Shown here piece by piece: positions 24,836 to 38,210 of a DNA stretch of 64,000 nucleotides. Under the pieces are notes generated by a model. It was not told where the DNA came from. It was given only the letters and a program-made list of their open reading frames with translations, and did not search any database. This stretch comes from Octopus sinensis (lineage: Eukaryota). The translations under genes were made by a program, and so were the position numbers. The stretch is from assembly GCF_006345805.1 (NCBI RefSeq), contig NC_042998.1:133238001-133302000 (forward strand), read 5' to 3'. Positions within the stretch are counted from its first letter, which is position 1. Every line of letters begins with the position of its first letter.

Positions 24836-26599
24836 TTGGTAATAGTTTTTTTTCTCTTGTACATGTTTCCTTAAATACACGATTTTTTAATTTTAGTTTT
24901 TTCCGTGTATTCTTAGTAGTTTTTTTCTCTCTGCCAGTTTGGAGTAATAAAGTTTCTAACATGACATTTATGGAACTTCTCACATAGAAACCAAAGGTAC
25001 ATATACACAGGCACACATATACACGTGCGCACACACATATGCACATACACACAGGCACCCAACACACATATATACATGCATCCACTCAGCCATATATACA
25101 TACATACATTCAGAGACACAGACACACACACATAAACATACACAAAAGACACACACACATATTCAAACACACATTAATTATATGGATCTTCGATTTCGAA
25201 ATGTTAGATATGTTTTTGCTAGAATTGTCAAAATTTACGAGTCATCATTAATTTACTGTATATAATCACATAGATGTCTTTAAAATGGGTACGATACACA
25301 TAATATCTAAATGGCAATATCTGGGTTTAAATCCGAAACAGTATAAAAAGAGATTCCTCTTAATTTGGTTGAATATCTAGTTATCATAGTGCTCGTATTC
25401 TGATAACAGTTGCCCCTTCAAAAATGCTTCCCAAGGTTCTGTAAACAAAATTAAATTTTAACAGAGAATGCAAGTGATTTCAATGATAGAGTGTAATATT
25501 GACGTAAGTACTAAATAATTCATATAATTCTTATGGTACGGAAATGTAAAAAATGAAAAGAGATTAAAAAAAAATAATAGCTTCACGGTGATTGAAGGAA
25601 ATACATTAAACTTTCGGTTAGTTTCTATTGCAACGTACAACAGAGTCTTCATTTATGAACCATTTAATTTTAAAGAATGGAGATCTAGATATTACAACAA
25701 TGATTGAATCGAACATATATGGAATGCTTATACGATTGGCGATATCTAAGCAAGTGAGTTGAGAAATATTCATGTTTTCTACAAAATGCTGTCTTGTAGT
25801 GGGAAAACAAAAAGTAAGAGAATTTAAATATAACACAAAAAGAAATATATAAAAAAACTAATAGCAAAGTACCTTCAAGGTATATTTAATGATGTAATAA
25901 CGTCTTCTAAGTAGTGGGAAGAAGTTAAAGGAGTGGGAAAAGATGCAACCACCATAGCAGGAAGCTATTGTCAAAATAGTCGCAAATATTTCCAAATTAG
26001 CAAAATGAGTAGCATTATTCAAATTGACAGAATTTTTTCTTTCTTTATTTCTTTTTATTACTTTTCATTTTTTTCTCTTTCTCACTTCCTTTATTCATGC
26101 CGCACGCATATATTCTCTCTTTATTTCCATATCTATATTCTATGCACGTGCATGCATACACACAAACATAGAAACACTCGTGCACACTCTCTTTATCACA
26201 CATTCTTTTCTGGACTTAGAAGCCAGATAAATGGAACCTTTCTAACAATAGGAAAACCAAAGGAAAATGTGGTTTCCAGTGATAAAATGAATGTCTCGAA
26301 AGGGAAATATAAGGCTACATTATTGGCAGAGCAGAATTTTCTCGCTTAGGTGAGAAAATCTTTGCAAAAAATATGTGCACGGATAACATCTGGAAGAACC
26401 TAGAGAATGTGTATCCTTGTCTACATAGGCCCCTGAAAACAATTAACAAAAAAGTCCGATACACGTTACATAATCATACTATTATGACATAAACATAAAC
26501 TATTTTCACTGGTAAGAAAACAGCTTCTAAAATGGTAGCATGTCTGTCATGTTTTGAGATTACGTGAGTTCGAGTCCCATGTATAGCTTTCGGCTTTAT

Positions 26600-28242
26600 A
26601 TATACATATAATATAATACTATATTATATTAGAGAAATAAGGACAACAAAAACCAAGCCAGGACGAGAATATTTAATTAGGGTAAGGTGAATTTGAAATC
26701 TTACAGCTTTTTCTGGTATATTCCAAGTGATAGGCTAGCATGTCCGTACACTGGGTATTCCGTCATCAGAAGTGAGGTGAGTACGTATGAAATTTCTAGA
26801 CAGGGAAATTCAGTTTATAAGGAATAAGATAGTAGATAGAAAAATAATGAGTAAAACAGCAGATAGAGGAATACAGACAGGAGAATAAAGTTCACAGCTC
26901 ATCGTCTTCCAGAGGGTATGGAAATTGGTCTGTACTTCTGTGAAGGTATAGTCCCTTTGGTATAATCGCAGGTAAATTCAAGCAGTATTTTGAATGGTGC
27001 GTTCATGTTGAAGGAATAGATTAAGTGGTTAGCTAGCATGAAAAAGGTCCACGTGGGTATATAGAGTGAGAAAGATAGATATCATGATATACAAATATAG
27101 GCTGTGAATGAGTGAATAGAAGGGAGAGGGGAAAGAAGGAAAAGAAAGGAATGGGATAGTTGTGGGAAAGAATGAATGAGAGTGAAAATAAAATTTTGAA
27201 ACATCAAAAAACACATTTTTTAAATAACAAAATCAAAAGTCAAAAATACAGATAAGATGCCATTATTAGTTTTCGTAAGAGTCGGTTCGGGGTGAGAGGT
27301 TAGGTGCTAAGGTTTTGGTAAAGCGGAGGAGGAAGGTATTTATGACTATTAATTAAATATGTGAATTCTAGGTTCGGTATGATCAGAATATTTAGTTCAG
27401 TGATCAGTAGGGATAGCTAAAAGTAGATGCCTACTTAAGGGAGTATATATAAGATTAAATACAATTAAATGGATAAAGGATAAAAAATTAAAAAGTAAAA
27501 TGTAAAAAAATTAAAAAGGTTATAGATTTTAAAGAATGTTAAGATTATGAAAATTAAAAAGATTATTGCAGTTAGCTAGCTTCTAAGATACTTATGTTGA
27601 TAGAGAAGAAAAGAAGAAAACGTACGTATATTGTGACGACTGTAGATGCATATAGGCAAGCGCTATGTGTGTTGGTTTTGCTTGCATTTGAACCAAAAGG
27701 TGCAATAAATTTATGCTTACTTGCAGAGAATGCTTCATGTTGTTTATTGAGTAGTTGTAGTGAATTACGAATTAATATTTGGAGGGCTTCTTTCAGTCAG
27801 AGTCCATGCGTGGAGCGCTGACCTTGGTATGAGTCTCCGCAATCTCTTATGGCCCAGGATATCCTATATGGTATTTTCTTATTAATCAGATGGCGTCGTA
27901 TGTGGTTGGCTAGGGACGTGAATTTGCTATGTTCCTAATATTTAAATGAGTTTAGATGTACAGAATATTTCTGTTTAAAATTAATAGTGGACCCGATATA
28001 ATGGCTAGTAAAATTGTGTATTATGTTGCGAACAATGCATTTATATACCACGTTAAACCTTCTGCACTGGACTGGCAGCGGGCATTCGGTCCCAGATCGG
28101 CTGTTGCAGTTATCTGTCTTATGTGGGCTAGATGTGGAAAGGGATGATGAAGCACTATTTATGGACAAGTTAAAGTTTAGGGTAGATTTAGGGGATTGGC
28201 TCGCATTATTGTCGTTGTTGTTGTTGTTGTTGTTGTTGTTGT

Positions 28243-28298
<56 letters not shown>

Positions 28299-28555
28299 CT
28301 CCGACCATCCTCAGAAGCGGAGATATTCGTATCCTGGTTTATGCTGGTTATAGCGCTAGGGTTATGGGAGTGGTATATGCTATTATGGTTGGTGTTAGTA
28401 TTATCGCTGCATTGGCCTATGTTATGATTATAAGTTTAAGCTTATTAGATGAGGTAACAATAGATTCTATATGGGTGGAGAGGAATAGAATAATTTCAGA
28501 GTAGATCTGTTGAAGATTGAATAGTATCTATGGTGACGAGGGACGTTTGAATCTA
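26600..28555 (-). mobile_element. Penelope-like retroelement 3' relic (linker, GIY-YIG endonuclease, 3' terminal repeat)
   Basis: Minus strand reads HRYYSIFNRSTLKLFYSS (~28520), ECPLPVQCRRFNVVYKCIV...YIGSTINFKQKYSVHLNSF and TSLANHI. A hammerhead-like motif lies at 26698-26773 in the same orientation. Confidence 0.8.
28210..28297. repeat. Compound (GTT)n(GTA)n microsatellite
   Basis: Direct reading. It sits inside the Penelope relic. Confidence 0.95.
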
Positions 28556-28981
28556 CTATTGTAAAAGAAAAAAAAAGAGAGAAAAAAAAGGGCTTTGGCT
28601 AAACCCGTAACGTTTAAAAGCGAGTGCAGATGTAAACCAAAGAATCGATCTTCCCCCACTTGTATTAGGTAATATAATAAGAGATATAGGGAAAGTATAA
28701 TTTTGGTGTCCGATCAATTCATCGTCGTTTAATTTATCCACAGGGAATTCGACGTTGGTCAATTCACTCACAGGTCAATTCGTCGAGATCATAGGTAAAA
28801 TGGAAGAACGAATATCTGAATTTAAAAAAAAAACGTTTATTTTAAGATTTGCTGTATTACATATTTACTTTCTTAAAATTTAAGATTGCATGCTTTTAGG
28901 AAACTATTTTGGCTTGGATCATATTTTTCCATGACATTTTTTATACGCAGTTTCATATCTCTGCATTTTTTTCTTTTGGCT

Positions 28982-30230
28982 TGGTACTTGCCAGCGTCTT
29001 CGCCAAATGGCAGCAGAATGGGAGAATTCCCAGGTCTGCGGGCCGGGGGTGGTGACGTTGATTAGAAAGGACCCGAGCAAGGGAGATATCATAAATAATT
29101 TTCGGCCAATATCTCTGATAAACATAAAGTTAAAGATTTGGCCCAGGTGTAGGCAAAAAGGTTGGCTTGTGCTGTGGACACACTTGTCAGGGAGGCGCAA
29201 ACGTGCGCTATTCCAGGCAGGTCAATTCAAGACAATGTCCATCTTATACGCTACTCCTTAGAGATGGTTGGGAAAATTTCTGGCAAAGGTGGTGCACTGG
29301 TACATTCAAACCAGTCTAAAGCATTTGACAGGGTCGAACATCGGTACCTGGTGGCGGTCCTTGGGAAGGCCGAGTTGGGCACGACATCCCGCGGTTGGAC
29401 TGCTGCTTTGTACAGCGACATCGAGTCCATCGTCCGAGTGAACGGGGTCTTTTCAAAACCGTTCAAGATTGAACGCACAGCACGTCATGTTTGTCCACTG
29501 ACACTGATTCTGTATGTATTGCCTATTGAGCCATTGCTGCGGAAGCTGGAGGCGTGAGGGGGCGTGCTGCAAGATCTGAGGTGTGGAAGAAGAACTACTA
29601 CGTATGGGGATGACATCTCCATCATCGTGTCTGAAGAAGGTCAGCTTCCTTATGTGGAAAACGCCATCAAATGATACGAGGCAGTGGCAGGAGCAAAGGT
29701 TAACCAGGACAAGTCGGTCGGCTTGCAACTCGGCAAGTCGATGTCGTCACATAACGTCGTGGGGCGTTGGACGAAAGGTCCGGTTAAGCTGCTAGGAGTC
29801 TGGTTCGGTCCAGATCTCTAGAAAGAGAAGAATTGGAGCGAGGTCATGAGCAAGATGACCGCCCTATCCCAGACCTGGTCTGGGGCGTTATCCTTTCTAA
29901 GGAGGGCGGAGGTGGTTTAGATGTTTATAGCATCTGTCATCACCTACCACCTGACCATTGTGCCTTGCCCCGATCTGTGGATGAACAAGTTGGAAAGAAA
30001 TCTTTTCCGCTTTTTTATGGAAGGGAGGAAAGCCACTTGTGAAGCGCTGTGTCTGCTGCCAAAAGCCGCTAAAGGGTGGATCAGGGATGCCTTGGCTTTA
30101 CATGGATGGTCACGGCACGTAAAATTCTACCTTCCACAGTTGACGTCCTTAATGGAGATTGGTCCATGGATCAAACGAAGGCCTAAGCTTGGGAATTGGC
30201 AATTGGAGTGCCGTCAGACACTCCAGTTAC
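28982..30230 (+). mobile_element. L1/Tx1-clade LINE ORF2 RT fragment, degenerate
   Basis: VVTLIRKDPSKGDIINNFRPISLIN, QTCAIPGRSIQDN, QSKAFDRVEHRYL and YGDDISII. Same family as 60057-61146. Confidence 0.92.
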
Positions 30231-30246
30231 TGAAAGAAGCCCATCG

Positions 30247-30307
<61 letters not shown>

Positions 30308-30510
30308 GCATGTATGTATTTGTGTATCCATGTTTGTCCTCTTACCGTCACTTGACAACCGTTGTTGGTGTGTTTACGTCCCCATAACTTAGCAGTTCAG
30401 CAAGTACTAGGCTTACAAAGAATAATCTCTGGGGTCCATTTGTTTGACTAAAGGCTGTGTTCCAGCATGGCCACAGTCAAATGACTGAAATAAGTAAAAG
30501 AATAAAAGAA
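30231..30510 (+). mobile_element. SINE family B, 5'-truncated
   Basis: GAAAGAAGCCCATCG, then microsatellite, body and TAAAAGAA tail. Confidence 0.85.
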
Positions 30511-30548
30511 TACTATGCCCATTATTGCATTAAAATGATTCAACGATT

Positions 30549-30848
30549 AAGGCGGCGAGCTGGCAGAATCGTTAGCACGTCGGGCGAAATGTTTAACGGT
30601 ATTTCGTCTGTCTTTACGTTCTGAGTTCAAATTCCGCCGATGTCGACTTTTCCTTTCATCCTTTCGAGGTCGATAAATTAAATACCAGTTGCGTACTGGG
30701 GTCGATCTAATCGACTGGCCCCCTCCCCCAAAATTTCGGGCCTTGTGTCTAGAGTAAAACAGATTGTTTCTTTTCTTACTGGGATTGATTTAATCGACCG
30801 GCTCCTTCCCCAAAAATGTCGGGCTTTGTGCCTAGAGTAGAAAAGAAT
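30549..30848 (+). mobile_element. SINE family A, full head with duplicated 3' tail
   Basis: A-box TGGCAGAATCG and B-box GAGTTCAAATTCC. The tail GGG(C)CTTGTG..TAGAGTA occurs twice. Confidence 0.92.
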
Positions 30849-32335
30849 ATGATTCAACGATAGCTGTATACATGCGCGTGTTCAGGTAAGTAGGATCCAA
30901 AGCATTGCTAGATCAACTTTAGTTTCTCTTCGTTTTATATTTATACCATGATGTTAATTTTAGCATTCAATCACAAAGAACAGAAAAGTACAATATTATA
31001 CAAATGAAAAATAAAAAATATAAACTGGAAAGGCAACAGACACGAGAAACTGTTTATTGTTAAATTTAATATTTTTATGAAATAATTATCTTAGAATTTT
31101 TTTCTTATTTTTCTAAAAGTTCAGACAAGTCTGTGGTTAAAGATAGAATGAATACGGGGTTTCAGTATTTTTTATTTCTTTTTGCATTAATTTATTTTTG
31201 GTATTTAAATCTCATATGTATATTTTTGTATTTCCGTGTTCTCTTCTATCACTGGAATGCTAAGATTGCCATCATAGTACATATACGAAACAGAGAGAAA
31301 TTAAAGATGATCTAGCAGCGCTTTGGATTTTTCTTAGCTGAAGACACGCATGTATACAGCTATTGATAAATCACATTCATGCAACTGCGTGTATAATATA
31401 TGTAACATTTAGCAATTAACAGTTGATAATGATGCACTGAACTAACTATAGTGATGTGTAATAAAGCCTATTCATTCCATATTCTCGTATGATAGCATCT
31501 GGTAACCGATACCTGGAGAGGAGCTTTGGAAAGCACACTGTAAGGTCATTACCTAGATAATATTAAACGTGTGTATATGTGTGTGTGTGAGTGTAAGGGG
31601 AAAGAGGAGAGAGAGAGAGGAAAATATTAACGTGACGAGAATCGAAATTTAGACAAGATATTTTCTTATAAATATCTTCCTTTCGGTTAATATAAAGAAT
31701 CTCTATATTTCTGTAATGATAATATGCGTAAAATATCTCAAAATTTAAAATCTGTTTCAGACGATTGACAAATCTCGCTTTAATGCCTTCTTATTTCGAA
31801 CAGATCAAGGGAGGTAGAAAAGATACTTTTTGCATCTGTGATGCCTACCCGAGATGAACAGATGTTACTTAGATGTATGCATTTATGCATACACTCATAT
31901 ATATGTTTGATGTATTTATATACATATGTATACATGCGTTTATATAATAATTAGATTCACTATTATGTAAAAACTAAGCATAATTAAAACTATACGTGAT
32001 ATATGCACGTATTTGTGTCTATGTGTCTCTGTTTGCGTGTGTATCTTTGTGCACATCACAAAAAAAAAACTTTCTTTGATACATATGTAACGTTGTAAAC
32101 TAATTAAAGAATCACATCACTCCACATTAAAGTGTGCAAGTGATTTAGAAGCAGACAACAATGTTCCAGCATGGTCATATGGTCTAATAAAAACGAATGA
32201 AGAAATATCCAGCTGTCATGCTGGTACCAGACGTGGTATGTACCAATGTCTTATCAAGATCTCACAATCGAAGCCTACATGCGGTTTATGGCGCCTAGGG
32301 AACCATGCGATCTCCACGCAAACCTGCATTTCCAA

Positions 32336-32940
32336 TATGGTATGGCAATTAGTATCCGGACTGTTGCCATAGTAACGAAAACAAGCACGCAGAGTAAAGC
32401 CGCTTGGCAAAGATCGACCTTTAACTCTGCTGCGCATGCGCTATAAGTTGTAACCTTCTAGCTCACTTCAGCTGTTTACAGTAGTACTTGGAATGAAGGT
32501 GTGTACGTGTGATCGTTAACTGTCATAGCGATACCTGTTCAGAGGCCTACGCAAAGTTGCAGAAAGTGTATGGAGAGGAGTGTATGATCCGCGCAGAAGT
32601 ATACGAGTGGTTCTAACGCTTCCAAAATGGCCGGAAAAATGTCGATATTGACGAATGTTCTGAGAGACCCGCAACCAGCAGAACGGAGAAAAACATCAAA
32701 GATGTGCGTGCAGCTGTGTGGGGAAACCGTTGAATCACTATTGATGAGTTATCAGAGGATGTAAAGATTAGTTACGGTTCAGTTCAGTCCATTATCACTG
32801 AAGATTTGGGTACCAGGCAGGTGTCTGCTAAGTTTGTGCCAAAACCGCTTTCAGCTGACCAAAAAGCCACTACGGTTTCAGTGGCACAAACTCTGCTTAA
32901 TTGCGTCGAGAACGATGGAAACATTTTGAAAACTTTGAGT
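32336..32940 (+). mobile_element. Mariner transposon 5' fragment (TIR plus HTH domains)
   Basis: EAYAKLQKVYGEECM...VYEWF*RFQNGR...RPATSRTE...ITIDELSEDVKISYGSVQSIITEDLG...SAKFVPK, a WVPHEL-like motif. Confidence 0.9.
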
Positions 32941-34672
32941 AGGCCTCTTAGCAGGTATTGCCATGCTTTTGGTGCAAATGTGCAGATTTGATGCAGATTT
33001 TCTTCTCAAATTTCTGTCATGCTCAAAGCGACAATCACACGCTACACGCCTTCCTTCCAAGAACTGCTGTTAAGGATGGAAGTAAGCTAGACCGTTAAAA
33101 CGTAATGCACATGCACAGCAAAATTAGTAAAGTATCTAAAGCAGCTTCAGTATGCGTGCTTTAGATTATTTACTATGACTACAGTCCGGATGCGTATTGA
33201 TCAGGCCTCGCAGCTCTGTGATTCTAGACAGATAGAAATTCACACACACACACCACACACACACATAATCATCAATACATATGCATATACATTAATTTCT
33301 ACTTACATTAATATATATATGACACGTGACTTCTTTACTCCCTTCCTACTCAGTTTCAAAATTTTAAAGGTAGAGACAGCCAGTAAGAACAACTTCATTT
33401 AATACCTTGAATCTCTTTCTTCACAGTAATGTCTTCTTTTGCCTACTAGTACAGATTGCGTAAATACAAATCTGCTCTAGACATGTTTTCCTGTCAGTCA
33501 CCTCGGGTTATTTAACGAAAATGATGCATTCCCTATTAATAAATCTTTCAGCCGTATCTTGCACAATGTCGCTTGCAACTTCTCTTTTGATCAGCGGCAG
33601 GCTGTTTAACTGCTCGATGGAAATGTAAACCAAAGTAACTAAACTTAATTAGCATGATGTCACTAATGAAGATAAAAAGCAAACGGGCCAAGTTTTACAA
33701 CTCCTAGTACGTTACCGGGAATAACTACTTTGTTTTCTCTACAAACCCACATTCCCTCGGCGTCAATCCACCATCCTCCCTTTTCTAACACCTATTTCGA
33801 TTCGCCCCATCGATTTACCGCATCCACATAAACATGTATACACCATCTCACGTCAGATGCACACTTGAGTAATATTTGCACCTCATACACGAACACACGG
33901 TGTGCACAACACAATATTAGTATATACATTCATGCGTACATAATCTCACACAGACATAAACATGTGTACACACTCGTATGTCCATGCACACTCACTCACT
34001 CACATACACGGAACTATTCATTCACAATTTCACACGTACACGAAGCTATGATTCACTCCTCTATGTGTGGACAAGAAATCGGCCATCTCGTACTTCTGGT
34101 CAGTCAACGGCCACAATGTAGATAAGCTCGACAAAGGAATTTCTTACTCGATTGTTTTCGATGTCTTTTCTCCACTCTTTTTACTTTACACTCATACTAC
34201 GTAGTAAGCTGTCCGAAACGTTCAAATTCTATTTTCCCATTTCCCCGAGCGTCAGGCCAATAATCGTAAGCGTAAACTTATCTAGTCTTGCTGTAATAAT
34301 ACTGAGAGTTGTGTTTGTATATATACATAGATATGGTAATTACTCCTTCTTCACAGATGATTGCAGTCTGTCTGAACTTCCTAGTCAATGACCTATCTGA
34401 CCTTCCGGCCATGACCTCTCAGATGTCTACGTAGTCCTGCTGCACAACGGCGTGGTTTGAAGCATAGGTGACAGACAAAAAATGTAATTTCCACTGGATT
34501 CATCGGATATGAACTGTCATATGTGTCTTCAATCCGAAATCAACATTGAAGCACTTTCACACACTACACACGTCGAATCACCTGGTCCAAAAGGAAGGAC
34601 GTTGCATACTGTCGATCTGTTTTGTACACGCATGTATGTATGCTTTTGTGTGTGTGAGTGTGTGAGAGTGTA

Positions 34673-34722
<50 letters not shown>

Positions 34723-37053
34723 TACACGTGCACGTGTGCATGTGTGTATTGCAAAGGAGAGAATCATTGCAGGAAATTTAACATTTTTTTCTGCACTTCA
34801 CCGCATCAGGTTTTTAAATTTAGAAATAGTATATATTTTATTTTCTCCATCTATTTTTAATAAAGTATTTTCTCTTAATTCAGTTTTTATCTTGTCTATA
34901 ATCGTAGACAATCTTTTTTAAAAATTCCGTTTTTCACTTAAATGTGATACACTTCAAAAGAACACGCAATTAAAAATCTTGAAAGATGTCATGATACCAG
35001 ATAAGAATATTTGAAATGATTGATCGTTTTCTCTGTTTCCTGTTTTTCTTTTCTGTTTAAATTTTGTGTGTGTAGATGGAGGTTGTAGATAAAACATATC
35101 AGCATTTGAAAATATTTGAAGTATATTTGTAAAAAATATTTTTTTTAAATCTTCAGTTGATGAAGTTCTTGATTCAATTTAATTTTTACAAACAGATTTA
35201 TAAGAGTCTTATAAATCAGTGCAATGTATATTTTTCTCAGCTAAGATTTCCCAAATATTAGGCAGACATCCGTTTTGTCGGAAATACAACAAAAATAATT
35301 TATTCATAGCCATATCTGTGTGAGAGAAGGCTAGACAATAAAGCACTTGCTGCTCTTCCATGCGTCTCTGAAAGTTAAATCGAGACAATTGTCACCACAG
35401 TGGTTATATATTTACGCTTATCACTATGCAGGAATGAGAGATTTCACTTTTTAGTTTGGTTAGAATGTTCATATATTCATTTTTCATTCATGATTTTATA
35501 TTCTTTGCAATGAAGAGAATCCTAAATGGAAATTTTCTTTTTTGTGATATGATAACTAAAAGAAACGATAATTTCTTTTCTGTGTAGTTTAAATGAATCA
35601 ATGTTTTTTCTGTTGTTTTTTTTTTTCTTGGTATATCAACTATCCACTCTTTAATCAGAGACAATTTCAGTGCGGTGTGCTTGAGAAATCGAAGGAAATG
35701 TAACTTTAAACAGTTTAGAAAAGTAGATATGAATATTTTAAAAATACTGCTGCATTCTTTCTTTGTTTTTCCTTACTTTCTTCTTTTTCTTTTTTGTCTT
35801 GTGGTTTGTAGAAAAAATTTAATCATTTTAACACATTTAAAAAAAAACATTTGTGAAAATTGATTAAGTTGATAAAGTTAATGAAGTTCTTTGTTCATTT
35901 CAACTGAAATCGTCAAGTTCTCCAAAATTTAATAAGTTGAGAGAAAATACATATTGTACTCATTTATAAAACAAACTGAGAAATCTCTTGGTAATATCTT
36001 ATTTCCTATTCGATTCGTAGTAAATTAAGGACTTCATTAATTCTATTAAGTTTTACAAATATTTTTTTCCAAATATATTTTAAATCTTTTCCTGTGCTTA
36101 TATGTGTATATAGCTTTTACGAGCCGGAAAAAAATCAGATGAAAGTTAACTGTCTTCTCTTCTTCCATTAACTCATCTTTTTTTGCTTAGTATTCTAAAG
36201 CATAAACACTGAAGACAAAATAGAATTTTTGAAATGGTTTGTCTTTCTTAAGTACTCATAAATACAGAAAAGAGAAAATAAATTTTGTAACTCTCTCACG
36301 AGGATAGTTAGAAAATCAAAGTTACGAAGAATGAAAAGGACACTATAGGTTGCATTCCTTGCTTTCAAAGAATAGAGACTAACCAACAAGGAATAAAACT
36401 AATTTGTATACAAATTATACTCAAAATAAAAAGTGAAGTCTGTCATTCCTGCAGAGCAAGTCGATAGTGTCAATTTGGCCTAAATATATAACGAAAAGCT
36501 ATGGGGTCATTGGTCAATAACTAGGAAGTGACGCACAATAAAGATGCAAGCCGTACTTTGCAGTTGTTGCTGAGAAAGTTGCATATTAGAAGCATGTATC
36601 TGGTATCTGTTATTTGTATTTCCTTTGACACCTTAACCTTCAAATACGCATATATGTGTGTGTGTGTGTATTCCGCGTTCCTAAGTATTAGTCAGATGCT
36701 CGCACACGCACGTACATACACATATATATATAACGTGTATATATATATAACGTGTATATATATATATATTATATATATATATATATATATAACGTGTATA
36801 TATATGAAACACTCCTGTCACAACCTGAGACCTTGAAGACTGCTTTAATACAAGAAGTTATGCTAGTCCCTTAATATTTGATATTCAATTTGATATTCAT
36901 CTATTCAATAAGTCAATCAATACTTCATTTCATTTTACTATTTATATTATATATTATATATTCTACATTAATATTATAAATAATATAAATAAAACAAAAA
37001 CAAAAAACTGTTGGAATTCCTTTGAATAATATGCATCCCTCTATACACAATCC

Positions 37054-37081
<28 letters not shown>

Positions 37082-37084
<3 letters not shown>

Positions 37085-37760
37085 CAAAATAAGAAAATGG
37101 AGAAATACATCTAAATCAAATATCAATTAACAGATAATACTCAATCACATACTTTATTAAACCACCACATAAGAAACTGTAGGGTTAAACATAAAAAAGT
37201 AGAACAAAACAGTGTACATAAAGGAGTGTACATAAAAAAAGGTAAATAAAAGAGTAATGTTATACAATAAGTAGAATATATATAAGAGAATATAAATATA
37301 AGTATCTATGTATATGTATATGTTGTATTATGGGTATGTACCCACACCCATATAGTTATATATGTAGACTGATTTATATCACATAATCTCCGAAGAGGCC
37401 TTATGATATTTTTGTAAATGTCTCATTTAAAACTACATATTGACCTACCATAAAAGGCTAATATAAGTAAAATGAGACATACTTATCTACATGGCCGAAA
37501 CAGCTGTAAGATGTAATCTATATTTATATTTATATTTACTTATATTTATATTCTCTTATATATATTCTACTTATTGTATAACATTACCCTTTTATTTACC
37601 TGTTTTTATGTACTCTCCTTTATATACACTGTTTTGTTCTACTTTTTTTATGTTTAGCCCTACAGTTTCTTATGTGGTGGTTTAATAAAGTATGTGATTG
37701 AGTATTATCTGGTAATTGATATTTGATTTAGATGTATTTCTCCATTTTCTTATTTTGTAT
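37082..37760. repeat. ~225-bp inverted repeat enclosing a hammerhead-like motif (Penelope pseudo-LTR-like)
   Basis: 37082-37304 is the reverse complement of 37537-37760 with a few mismatches. Confidence 0.93.
37386..37512 (+). ncRNA. Candidate type-I hammerhead ribozyme with long stem II (core U4>C)
   Basis: ATCT CCGAAGA GGCC...(stem II)...GGCC GAAA C AGCT G TA AGAT. Confidence 0.55.
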
Positions 37761-37941
37761 TATGAATTTGTGGTAAAAGATTTTACCTTTGCCCATATAA
37801 TACAGTAAATGAATTGATTGCATCGCCATCCTTAACATTTATGTATTAACCTTGTTGGGTACTTCACTAGCAGTATATTGGATATATGTTATGCCATGGA
37901 AGGTTGCATTTACAACCCCTATCTCAATTTGTGTGTGTATA

Positions 37942-38048
<107 letters not shown>

Positions 38049-38139
38049 CATAAGATCAAAAGCCAGAGAACGACTCAAAAATAAGGGGGGTATAAATTAA
38101 AGGATAGCAATAGCGATATTAGTAACTAAAACAGAGATG

Positions 38140-38141
38140 AT

Positions 38142-38185
<44 letters not shown>

Positions 38186-38210
38186 AGGAAAGAAAGAAAG
38201 AAAGAAAGAA
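38140..38210. repeat. (AAAG)n microsatellite
   Basis: Direct reading. Confidence 0.95.

Noticed and set aside
26530-26585. A/B-box-like TGGTAGCATG...GAGTTCGAGTCCC
   Set aside because: No cloverleaf stems. At most a decayed SINE head.
32362-32376. Perfect RFX X-box-like GTTGCCATAGTAAC
   Set aside because: It lies immediately inside the mariner 5' TIR region, so it is most likely transposon sequence.
34200-34270. CCGAAACGTT...CCCGAGCGTC resembling family H1
   Set aside because: Only the 3' half survives, with no core or stem II. Too degraded to call.
34357-34468. Exon-shaped segment with a strong acceptor and donor on the plus strand
   Set aside because: Stops in all three frames.
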